Shown: piece by piece, positions 16,251 to 23,516 of the stretch | Layout of the letters: every line of letters starts with the position of its first letter | Position numbering within the stretch: the stretch's first letter is position 1 | Virus record (IMG/VR): IMGVR_UViG_3300010366_000050 | Coordinates: 1 to 28,357 of that record | Reading direction: 5' to 3' (one strand) | Origin: a virus | Taxonomy: Duplodnaviria > Caudoviricetes | Length of the DNA stretch: 28,357 nt | Notes under the pieces: generated by a model | What the model saw: only the letters and a program-made list of their open reading frames with translations | Databases searched by the model: none | What the model was told of the DNA's origin: nothing | Position numbers and translations under genes: made by a program

Positions 16251-16285
16251 GAGCCCTGCGTCGTCTTCAGTTCGACGCAGGGCTC
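16251..16285. terminator. Perfect 13-bp stem hairpin between HTH gene and integrase
   Basis: gagccctgcgtcg-N9-cgacgcagggctc; no U-tract, so the terminator role is uncertain. Confidence 0.45.
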
Positions 16286-16299
16286 AATCGTTGCCGGGG

Positions 16300-16488
16300 T
16301 CAACGAAGCGCCTGGGGCTTGACGTTCAGTGCCTCGGCGAGCTTGCGCACCGTCGAGGGAATCGGGTTCGGCTCGCCCTGCTCAAGGCGAATGATGGTGG
16401 TCCGGGTGACGCCTGCGAGCTTGGCCAGGTCGTCCTGGGAGAGTGCGGCATTCAGGCGCAGGTCGCGCAGGCGAGAGAGCGGAGCCAT
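16300..16488 (-). CDS. XRE family HTH repressor (62 aa)
   Basis: LRDLRLNAALSQDDLAKLAGVTRTTIIRLEQGEPNPIPSTVRKLAEALNV; ATG 7 nt after TAACCT. Confidence 0.9.
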   Translation of the reverse strand: MAPLSRLRDLRLNAALSQDDLAKLAGVTRTTIIRLEQGEPNPIPSTVRKLAEALNVKPQALR

Positions 16489-16602
16489 CCTCGCAAGGTT
16501 ATACGAACGTCTGATAGATGTCTCGCCAGCGCCGGCGCCTAGTGGGTATCTCATGTCTGATTATTGTTGCATACATGTCCGTCGTGCGCTACTATTACGG
16601 GT
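16489..16602. promoter_or_regulatory. Divergent leaderless promoters with candidate operators
   Basis: Rightward TTGCAT(16567)-17 nt-TACTAT(16590)-7 nt-ATG; leftward GAGACA-17 nt-TAACCT-7 nt-ATG; related 15-mers at 16507 and 16553. Confidence 0.7.
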
Positions 16603-16887
16603 ATGGAAAGAGGAACCGCACTCCCCCGCTGGGCCAACGTTCGCGTGACCCTCGGCGACAAATCCACCCGCACCGGCCACGTGCTCGTCGACTCCGGCGA
16701 CCGCGTCATGGTCGAGTACACCACCCCCGCTGGCTTCTTCGCCGCTCGCAAGTTCGACCGCTCGGCCGTCGAGTTGCTGCCGACCACACTCTGCGGCACC
16801 CACGGCTCTCGGAATCGGGTCTGCGCCGCCGCCGCCGGCCACGTCGGCGAGCACAACTTTGTGATTCGCTCGGGCCGCGAGGACTGA
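16603..16887 (+). CDS. Hypothetical early protein (beta-rich N-terminus, C-terminal Cys/His motif)
   Basis: Start MERGTAL at the leaderless ATG; CG...C....GHVGEH. Confidence 0.7.
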   Translation: MERGTALPRWANVRVTLGDKSTRTGHVLVDSGDRVMVEYTTPAGFFAARKFDRSAVELLPTTLCGTHGSRNRVCAAAAGHVGEHNFVIRSGRED

Positions 16888-16890
16888 GCC

Positions 16891-17148
16891 ATGGCCATCC
16901 TCGTCAGCGCCACCGACCCGCGCGGCCCCAAAGCCGTCGCCCTCGCCACCAACGCCGGCCAGTGGCTGCGCTGCCGCCGCCGCGACGGCCGCAAGGCCTA
17001 CGGCATCCAGGGCAGCGATGGCGTGTACTACCTGACCACCCGCTCGTCCTGCACCTGCAAAGACTTCGAATACGGCCACGGCCGCGCCTGCAAGCACATG
17101 CTCGCCGTCGAGTTGCACTGCGAGCTCATGGCCGAGCAGGCCGCCTGA
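16891..17148 (+). CDS. SWIM zinc-finger protein
   Basis: SCTCKDF..ACKHMLAV; GAGGA RBS. Confidence 0.85.
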   Translation: MAILVSATDPRGPKAVALATNAGQWLRCRRRDGRKAYGIQGSDGVYYLTTRSSCTCKDFEYGHGRACKHMLAVELHCELMAEQAA

Positions 17149-17609
17149 TGGAACCACTGCAACTGCACATCGCCGCCAGCGCGTACTTCGCCTGGCGCCA
17201 GAGGTTCTGGGACAAGGTCTGGAAGACCGAGACCTGCTGGATCTGGCAAGGCGCACTGAGCAAGGCCGGGTATGGAACGTTCAACCTCGGTCCGCGGCGC
17301 GCGGGCTATGTGTTGGCACACCGCGCTGCGTATGAGCAGCTCGTCGGACCAATCCCAAACGACTTGCAGTTGGATCACCTGTGCCGCCAGCCCGCGTGTG
17401 TAAACCCAGCCCATCTCGAACCGGTCACCAGAAGCGTCAATGCCCGTCGTGGGTTCGAGGCGGTGACCGGTGGCCACTGCCGCCGGGGTCACCCGCTCAC
17501 GCCCGAGAACGTCTACTGGCGAAAGGATCGGCCTGGTCGGTGGGCATGTCGTGCTTGTAACCGTGAGTGCCAGCGAGCTCGATACCAAGCGAAGCGAGGA
17601 CAAGCATGA
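17148..17609 (+). CDS. HNH endonuclease
   Basis: RFWDKV..CWIWQG..GYG..AHR..LDHLCRQPACVNPAHLEPVT..N; HCRRGH..CRAC. Confidence 0.9.
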   Translation: MEPLQLHIAASAYFAWRQRFWDKVWKTETCWIWQGALSKAGYGTFNLGPRRAGYVLAHRAAYEQLVGPIPNDLQLDHLCRQPACVNPAHLEPVTRSVNARRGFEAVTGGHCRRGHPLTPENVYWRKDRPGRWACRACNRECQRARYQAKRGQA

Positions 17610-17869
17610 GCGCGCTCGCCAATGCTGCCACCGAATACTTCCGGTGGAGATTTCACCACCCTCACGAAACCGAGGATCCGTCCGCCGTCTGGGGCGCCGC
17701 GTGGCGCGCCGGCGGCCGGGCCGCGCTGCAGGACAGCGCCCGCCTGGTCGACCTGGCGCCGCTGCTGCGCGAACTGCTGTGCCTGCTCGAGGACGGACGC
17801 GTCGAAGAGGTGCTGCGCCGCACCGACCGTCGCCCGCGCCCCATCTTCGACGAGGAGGTGGCCTTCTAA
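17606..17869 (+). CDS. Hypothetical protein
   Basis: Start MSALAN, ATGA overlap, GAGGA RBS. Confidence 0.65.
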   Translation: MSALANAATEYFRWRFHHPHETEDPSAVWGAAWRAGGRAALQDSARLVDLAPLLRELLCLLEDGRVEEVLRRTDRRPRPIFDEEVAF

Positions 17870-18066
17870 TGAACGCGCGTGTACCGACGAAAGTGCGAGG
17901 TGTCGTACGCCTCGTCCACTTCGTCTATAGCCGTTGGGATCGCTGGACTGCGTGCGGTCTGTCCAAGGCTCAGTTCAAGGCTGAACTCGGCACGTGCAAC
18001 CGACGGACGACAGGTGTCGTCTCGCGTGTCACATGTCCGCGCTGCATGCGGGTGGTGGGTTCATGA
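17869..18066 (+). CDS. Small zinc-binding protein
   Basis: VH..TACG..VTCPRC; TAATG overlap, GGAGG RBS. Confidence 0.6.
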   Translation: MNARVPTKVRGVVRLVHFVYSRWDRWTACGLSKAQFKAELGTCNRRTTGVVSRVTCPRCMRVVGS

Positions 18067-18422
18067 ACGGCCGCGTGCCGACCGAAGAGGTCGAGGGACT
18101 CGTCGAAGCCGTCAATGCGAACGGGCTGAAGCTTGGCGGCGCGTGGGTCAACGTGAGCCAGTTTCACCCGGTCGACCTGCCCGAGGTCGGCGCCCACGTT
18201 CGGCTGCGCATCGACTCGAAGGGCTACATCCGCAGCCTTGACGTCCTCGAGACCGAACGCAAAAGTGCGGGAGTTGCCGAACGCGACGAGCGGATCACCA
18301 AACTGGCGGTGCTCAAGGCCGCGGCTGAATTCGTCGGACTCTGGGGTCAGACGCGCGCCGAAGTGAAGTCTGAGCACGTCCTGCTGCTTGCCGATAAATG
18401 GCTCGAGTGGGTCGAAAGATGA
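18063..18422 (+). CDS. Putative OB-fold/ssDNA-binding protein
   Basis: Beta-rich N-terminus, then RDERITKLAVLKAAAEF..ADKWLEWV helices. Confidence 0.5.
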   Translation: MNGRVPTEEVEGLVEAVNANGLKLGGAWVNVSQFHPVDLPEVGAHVRLRIDSKGYIRSLDVLETERKSAGVAERDERITKLAVLKAAAEFVGLWGQTRAEVKSEHVLLLADKWLEWVER

Positions 18423-18568
18423 AGCGGTTGCGCCACTGGCTGGCGCACCTGCTGGGGTGCAACATGGGCCAGGTGTGCAGTTTTCTCAATGAGCACGGCC
18501 AGGGCTTCGTCGGCTTCAAGTGCGACGGCTGCGGCCGGCTGCAGCACGTCGAGCCTTGGAGGTTCTAA
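18419..18568 (+). CDS. Small CxxC protein (49 aa), not in ORF track
   Basis: MKRLRHWLAHLLGCNMGQVCSF..GFKCDGCG; coupled at both ends. Confidence 0.6.
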   Translation: MKRLRHWLAHLLGCNMGQVCSFLNEHGQGFVGFKCDGCGRLQHVEPWRF

Positions 18569-18882
18569 TGGGGCTTAGGGCTACCAAATTGGACGAGATC
18601 CAGCAGCGTCACGCTAACGGCTACAAGGGCATCGACGCTGAACGTGTGTTCCCCGACGTGGCAGCACTACTGTCCGAAGTTGGACGGCTGCAAGAGATCA
18701 TCACCGCCAAGGACGAATTGCTCGTGGCTTACCGTCTCGGCAGGGCTGAGTCAGAGAACGAGCAACTGCGAGCAGCACTCAAGGAACTACTGCGATACGT
18801 CTCGTTCGATTCGCCTGAACATCACATCGTCATAAACGCGCTGAGTCGTCCGTCGGGGCTTGGTAACGCTAAAGATGGCTAG
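18568..18882 (+). CDS. Hypothetical coiled-coil (Ead/Ea22-like) protein
   Basis: LDEIQQR..DVAALLSEVGRLQ..ENEQLRAAL; GGAGG RBS. Confidence 0.6.
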   Translation: MGLRATKLDEIQQRHANGYKGIDAERVFPDVAALLSEVGRLQEIITAKDELLVAYRLGRAESENEQLRAALKELLRYVSFDSPEHHIVINALSRPSGLGNAKDG

Positions 18883-19142
18883 ATCTACCAAAATGGAGCA
18901 GGGATTCAGAGACTGGGTCGCAGTGACGAGCGGTCAGACTGCCCATGGGCCGCAGCCCCGCGAGGCTTACGAAGCCGGCTGGCGGGACGGCACCCGTGAA
19001 TTGCGCGAGACGTTGGAGGCAATCAAGCGGAGCCTGTCCACTGGCTTCATGGATCTGACAGAGGCGCGGGAGATTGCCGAATACATCGACCGCCTGACGG
19101 CCGAAGCGCTCGGTAACCCTAAAGATGGATAGATCGACTAAA
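18858..19142 (+). repeat. Two 35-bp direct repeats at gene junctions (18858-18892, 19108-19142)
   Basis: 30/35 identical; each contains the next ATG and the previous TAG. Confidence 0.85.
18875..19132 (+). CDS. Hypothetical protein
   Basis: Starts inside junction repeat 1 (MARSTK). Confidence 0.6.
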   Translation: MARSTKMEQGFRDWVAVTSGQTAHGPQPREAYEAGWRDGTRELRETLEAIKRSLSTGFMDLTEAREIAEYIDRLTAEALGNPKDG

Positions 19143-19511
19143 GGTCCACGCCCACCATCCTACGAGCAACTCAACGCCGACCTCGGACGATATCGGGAGG
19201 AATTGCACCTGACTCAAGTCGAGCGTGACGAACTCCGCGCCGAGAACGAGCGGCTACGCGAAAACCTTGTCAAGGCTGAAGCTGAAGTTGAAGAAACCTG
19301 CGCCGAGAACGAGCGTTGGAAGGCCGGCTACGAGGAATACAAGGCCCTGTATGACAGAACGGGCCAAGAGAACGAGCAACTGCGGGCTTGGCGCGAGCAG
19401 TTGCGAGCAGATCTGGCGGCTCACCACGCACTGGGCTACGAACGCGAGATGCTGCCTGGCACAGTGATGTGCGAGGTATGCAAGCAGGTGCGGCTAGAGC
19501 AGTCTCGATAG
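19125..19511 (+). CDS. Hypothetical coiled-coil protein
   Basis: Starts inside junction repeat 2 (MDRSTK); three ENE(R/Q) repeats; C-terminal CEVC. Confidence 0.65.
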   Translation: MDRSTKGPRPPSYEQLNADLGRYREELHLTQVERDELRAENERLRENLVKAEAEVEETCAENERWKAGYEEYKALYDRTGQENEQLRAWREQLRADLAAHHALGYEREMLPGTVMCEVCKQVRLEQSR

Positions 19512-19640
19512 CGCCACACCCCCGATCAGCGCACCGATGATGAGCGGCACCTGGCCGATGGCGACAAAGACGATCGCCAGGATCAGCACCAGTAGGCCGA
19601 TGATCCAGCCCACGGTGATGGGTGGCATGGCAATTTGCAT
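19494..19640 (-). CDS. Small 2-TM membrane protein (48 aa), holin-like; not in ORF track
   Basis: MQIAMPPITVGWIIGLLVLILAIVFVAIGQVPLIIGALIGGVALSRLL; GAGGT RBS. Confidence 0.65.
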   Translation of the reverse strand: MQIAMPPITVGWIIGLLVLILAIVFVAIGQVPLIIGALIGGVALSRLL

Positions 19641-19642
19641 GA

Positions 19643-19822
19643 CTACCTCGCAGTCTCGCGGCCGAAGATGAACCCCACGGCTGAGCCGATGATGACCAGG
19701 GCGCCTTTGGTGGCCTCATCCGAAACCGGTGCCACGATAATCCACGTCATCGCCAGGATCAGCACCAGGGCCAGGACCGCCGTGATCACCAGCTTGGCGA
19801 GCTCGAGATGCTGCTCGGTCAT
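19643..19822 (-). CDS. 2-TM holin-like protein
   Basis: MTEQHLELAKLVITAVLALVLILAMTWIIVA..ALVIIGSAVGFIFG. Confidence 0.7.
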   Translation of the reverse strand: MTEQHLELAKLVITAVLALVLILAMTWIIVAPVSDEATKGALVIIGSAVGFIFGRETAR

Positions 19823-19949
19823 GGCGCGTAGTCCAGCGATGACGGACCTCGGAGCCGGCGATGCCGCCGACGAAGCCGGCAATCGTCGGTAACCCGTGCC
19901 GACCGAACCAGTCCGCCAGGAACAGCAGGAAGTCGGGCCACCCATTCAC
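19716..19949 (-). CDS. Small membrane-associated lysis-cassette protein
   Basis: Hydrophobic N-terminus FLLFLADWFG..IAGFVGGIAG; 3' end overlaps the holin gene. Confidence 0.45.
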   Translation of the reverse strand: MNGWPDFLLFLADWFGRHGLPTIAGFVGGIAGSEVRHRWTTRHDRAASRARQAGDHGGPGPGADPGDDVDYRGTGFG

Positions 19950-19955
19950 CCACGC

Positions 19956-20447
19956 TCAGCGCACGATATAGACCATCTGCCAGCCCGGCAGGTGCGCCCA
20001 GTCGCTGGCACCCACGTGGTCGGTGATGCCCTTGTAGCCGGGCGCGCTGTTGGCCACCCATAGGCCTGAATCGTCCAGGCCGCGCCCGCCGACGAAGTGG
20101 TACCAACTCGTCGAATTCAGGATGTACGCCGTCGACGCCGCGATGCCCAGCGCGCTGTCCCACGACACCCACTCCTGCCGCGCCTGGACGCCGTACGACT
20201 CCAGCACGCGCACGATGCACTGGGTGTCCTTCAGCCCCGACCACTCGTCCACACAGGCTGGATAGCCGATCTCGTACGCCACCCGCTCACGGCTCGAGTA
20301 CGGGCTGAGCCCGGTGGCGCGCAGCAGCCAGTCGGTCGCGCAGATGCTGCACGTCCAGTTGTAAACCTGCGGCGCCATGGGCAGGTCGCGGTTGTCGTTG
20401 TACGTGTCCCACCAGGTCTCGGGCGGCGCCGGCGTCAGCTCGTCATC
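19956..20447 (-). CDS. Peptidase C39-like (papain-fold) endolysin catalytic domain; no convincing start of its own
   Basis: QVYNWTCS (Gln/Cys), YHFV (His), VANSA (Asn); next to holin-like genes. Confidence 0.7.
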   Translation of the reverse strand, partial: DDELTPAPPETWWDTYNDNRDLPMAPQVYNWTCSICATDWLLRATGLSPYSSRERVAYEIGYPACVDEWSGLKDTQCIVRVLESYGVQARQEWVSWDSALGIAASTAYILNSTSWYHFVGGRGLDDSGLWVANSAPGYKGITDHVGASDWAHLPGWQMVYIVR

Positions 20448-20628
20448 GAAAGGGCACCGCCCGGACGGCGTTATCCTCCTGGAGCCAGTAATAGATGTTG
20501 TCGCGACCGTACGTCTGCGAGATCTTCTGACCGTCCGGTTCGTTGACGACGAAGACCTCGTTGCTGCGCGGCTCGTCACCGTGATCGGCCATCGCCTGCT
20601 GCACGCCCGGTCCGACGTTGAAGCTCAT
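20443..20628 (-). CDS. 61-aa protein, probable N-terminal domain of the endolysin
   Basis: MSFNVGPGVQQAM...AVPFR; ends CCC TTT CGA TGA, overlapping the peptidase frame. Confidence 0.65.
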   Translation of the reverse strand: MSFNVGPGVQQAMADHGDEPRSNEVFVVNEPDGQKISQTYGRDNIYYWLQEDNAVRAVPFR

Positions 20629-20795
20629 GTGCCCACCACCCCCTGCAGCACCGCCGCCTCCGGTGTCCCGTCGACGCCGTCTCTCCGCGCGGACTCGACC
20701 TGTGCCAGCAACTGCCGATTCTCCACGCGCAAGCGATCCAGCTCCATGCTCACCGCCACCAACTCACTGAGGATCGCGCGTAAGGTCGGGTCCAT
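20625..20795 (-). CDS. Small coiled-coil protein (56 aa), possible fibre chaperone; not in ORF track
   Basis: MDPTLRAILSELVAVSMELDRLRVENRQLLAQVE...; fills the gap. Confidence 0.6.
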   Translation of the reverse strand: MDPTLRAILSELVAVSMELDRLRVENRQLLAQVESARRDGVDGTPEAAVLQGVVGT

Positions 20796-20798
20796 CGG

Positions 20799-21557
20799 TT
20801 ACGCCCAGTACGGATAATAGATATTGACGCCGTTGCTATTGGCCTGAATCCAGCCCTGCATGGCCGTGCTCGCAGGCCCAAAGCCAGTGCCGCGGATGGG
20901 ACCAAGCGTGGCTGTCGTGCCGTTGCCCTGGCCCAGGTTGCCGCCGTGGGCAATCGTGGTCGGGCTCGGCGAAGTCGGCGTGCCACCGGCGACCAGGCCG
21001 CCGTTGAGGGTCGCCAGGCCAGCCACGGTCAACCCGGCCCCACCACTGAGTGTCAGGCCGGTGGGACCAGGCAAGGTCGCCCCCGAATTGAAAGTTGCTA
21101 GCCCGGTGACAGTCAATCCGCCGCCACTGATGGTCAGTCCGGCAGTCGCGATCGTTGCCCCAGAGTTCAAGGACGCCAGGCCGGTCACCGTCAATCCGCC
21201 CGCGTTGACCGCCACCCCGCCCGCGGTCACCGTCACGCCCGCGGCGAAAGTCGCCATGTTGGGCGCGGTTCCGAACGAGGGATTGGGAAGCGTGCCGCTC
21301 AGCGTGCCGCCCAGCGTGCCGACATTCGTGGCGGCCGCGCCAGCGGCCATGTCCGTGGCGGTGATGGTGCCGTCGGTGATCATGCCCGAGGTGATCGAGC
21401 CCGCGGCCAGCGCCGGCCCCTTGCCGCTCGAGTGGTCGTGCTGGTCGACCGCCAGCGCGAGCGTCTGGACGTCCTCTTTCTTGAACAGGTCCGTCCCTGC
21501 GGTGGCATACGGAAACTGGAGCGCGCCGCTGAAGTTGGTGGCGGTGAGTCTGGCCAT
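20799..21557 (-). CDS. Tail fibre/spike protein
   Basis: HDHSSGKG, ITSGMITDGTIT, three Gly/Thr beta repeats ending GLTV(T/A)GLA; AGGAG RBS. Confidence 0.7.
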   Translation of the reverse strand: MARLTATNFSGALQFPYATAGTDLFKKEDVQTLALAVDQHDHSSGKGPALAAGSITSGMITDGTITATDMAAGAAATNVGTLGGTLSGTLPNPSFGTAPNMATFAAGVTVTAGGVAVNAGGLTVTGLASLNSGATIATAGLTISGGGLTVTGLATFNSGATLPGPTGLTLSGGAGLTVAGLATLNGGLVAGGTPTSPSPTTIAHGGNLGQGNGTTATLGPIRGTGFGPASTAMQGWIQANSNGVNIYYPYWA

Positions 21558-21566
21558 GTGCTGCTC

Positions 21567-23516
21567 CTAGGATGGGGGTGGCTCGACGGCGGTCCACTGC
21601 ACCGCCTTGACGTGCAGCGAGCCGCGCCACTGTCGCCCGACCTCGTCGAAGGCCTGGCTGAGCTTGTAATCGACGAAACTGAGGTACGCGCTGGTCTCGT
21701 CGGGCAGGATGCACTGCACCGCGCCGGGGTTGTCGACCGCCTGCTCGATCAACGCGCGAATGGCGTTGCGCCCGATGCGCAGCGGCACGCCATCTCTTCG
21801 CACCAGGCCGTCTGCGCACAGGATGTCGCCCTCGAAGGTCATCAGTCGTGACGGGCGCAGCGCGTGCCCGATCGACACGGAGCTGACCGCAGGCGAGCTG
21901 GTATTGACGGTGTTGTGCAGGTGCACGCGGAACTCGGCCAGGATGGCCACGGTCCCGACCGGGAACGGCTGGCGGTCGAAGGTGCCCGCGTTGAAGGTGT
22001 AGCCGAAGTCGGTCCACGTGCTCTGCGCCGGTGTCGTCTTGTACTCGAGCGTGAGCGTGTTATTCGCGTCGATCTGCGGCCCGGTGACCGACCAGGAGCG
22101 CAGCGTCTTGCGCGTGGCGTGATAGGTGCCGTGCCACTGCGGCAGGCGCACCCAGTCATCGCCGACCACGAAGCGGTACTGCGAGCAGGCCAGCGGATTG
22201 AACACGCACGCGTTCAGCAGCCGCACCACCGAGCCGTCGCTGAAACCGATCAGCGTGAACGTGTGACCGCCGGGCGCGCCGATCGCGGTGGTGAACATCC
22301 GCGTCGGGTATTTGCCGGCCCAGCCGCGCACCACCGAACCGTTCCAGGCGTCGATGCGCTCCGGGTTGGCCAGCACGTTGGTCAGCGTCTGGTATGTCGA
22401 AAAGGTACCCTGGATGATGTACGCGCCGAACTTGAGCAGATAACTCGTCGACGTATCGGGGTTCCAGATGCCCGCGTAGCCGAACAGCGCGCCCACGCCG
22501 ACGAAGCTGGTGATCTGGCCGCGGACGGGTCCGTTGTAGTCGGGCAGCGTCTCGGGGCCGATCTCCTCGATGCTCAGGTCCGGGCCCATGCGCGACAGGT
22601 TGGTGCCATAGCCGAAGTAGACGTCGTTCAAGAACTGGCCGCGGCACTTGCCATTGCGCGCATTCGAGGCGTACTGCAGGAACGGAAACAGCGGGTGGTC
22701 GTCGCCGGCCTGGTCGAGCGTGTACAGGCCGTCGGTCTTGGCGATGATCAGCACGCCACCGGCGGTCGACACCAGACTGGTGATCGGCGCGCTCTGATCG
22801 CCCACCCTGAAGATCAGATTGGTGTAATTGGCCTCATTGGTCGGGTCGGCGTTGGTGTCGCACTTGCGCAGGCGGTTGGTGTTGTCGGCCCACCACCACT
22901 CGCGCGCGATGCGAATGAACGCCAGCGCGGTGAACGTCGCCATGTTGGTCCAGGTGGTGCCGTCGCTCGAGTACGCCGCCGGGTGCGCCGGACCGAAGGC
23001 CACCCACGCGCGCGCGACGCCGTCGAAGTTGGAGGCGAACACGGTTGCGGCCTGGATGGTGTAGCCGGCGCCGAAGTCGTGCGCCACGGCCCACGTGTTG
23101 CTGGCCGGCGTGTAGCGCAGCACCTGGCTCCCACCGGCGGCGTACAGGCTGCCGCCGAGCTCGAAGAAGTCAACGATCTCGCCGTTGGCGGCGCCCGTTG
23201 AAGCGAGCACCTCCGGCCCCTTGCACCACGGGTGCACGCTCAGGTCGACGCCCATGGCCTCCTGGTAGCGGTAGTCGCGCCACTTGTGCTGTGTGCGCAT
23301 GCCCAGGCCGATGCTCAGGCTCTCGTACGGTTCCTCGCGGTCGGCCATCGGGCTGAGATTGGCGTAATCGAAGTCGGGCGGGTCGACACTCGAGATGTCC
23401 TCGGCCTTGGAGGAGACCAGCGCCGGCTGACCAGGTCCTGGCGAACCAATGAGCAGGCCCTGGCCCGAAACACGGATGTGGAACGGGTACGGCGCGCGCC
23501 TGGAGTAGACGCTCAT
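21567..23516 (-). CDS. Tail nozzle/tubular protein B-like (beta-propeller); start reassigned to MSVYSRR
   Basis: 649 aa, beta-rich with YSSDGTTW Asp-box; ATGA overlap with the upstream gene. Confidence 0.6.
   Translation of the reverse strand: MSVYSRRAPYPFHIRVSGQGLLIGSPGPGQPALVSSKAEDISSVDPPDFDYANLSPMADREEPYESLSIGLGMRTQHKWRDYRYQEAMGVDLSVHPWCKGPEVLASTGAANGEIVDFFELGGSLYAAGGSQVLRYTPASNTWAVAHDFGAGYTIQAATVFASNFDGVARAWVAFGPAHPAAYSSDGTTWTNMATFTALAFIRIAREWWWADNTNRLRKCDTNADPTNEANYTNLIFRVGDQSAPITSLVSTAGGVLIIAKTDGLYTLDQAGDDHPLFPFLQYASNARNGKCRGQFLNDVYFGYGTNLSRMGPDLSIEEIGPETLPDYNGPVRGQITSFVGVGALFGYAGIWNPDTSTSYLLKFGAYIIQGTFSTYQTLTNVLANPERIDAWNGSVVRGWAGKYPTRMFTTAIGAPGGHTFTLIGFSDGSVVRLLNACVFNPLACSQYRFVVGDDWVRLPQWHGTYHATRKTLRSWSVTGPQIDANNTLTLEYKTTPAQSTWTDFGYTFNAGTFDRQPFPVGTVAILAEFRVHLHNTVNTSSPAVSSVSIGHALRPSRLMTFEGDILCADGLVRRDGVPLRIGRNAIRALIEQAVDNPGAVQCILPDETSAYLSFVDYKLSQAFDEVGRQWRGSLHVKAVQWTAVEPPPS

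Noticed and set aside
16518-17147. N-terminal 210 aa of the 363-aa ORF 16518..17609
   Set aside because: Arg-rich off-frame overlap of two real genes; the HNH begins at ATG 17148
18858-19142. Mini CRISPR array
   Set aside because: Only two degenerate copies 250 bp apart, both protein-coding; no cas genes
20799-21557. Diversity-generating retroelement target
   Set aside because: No reverse transcriptase and no adenine-variant TR/VR pair seen in the window
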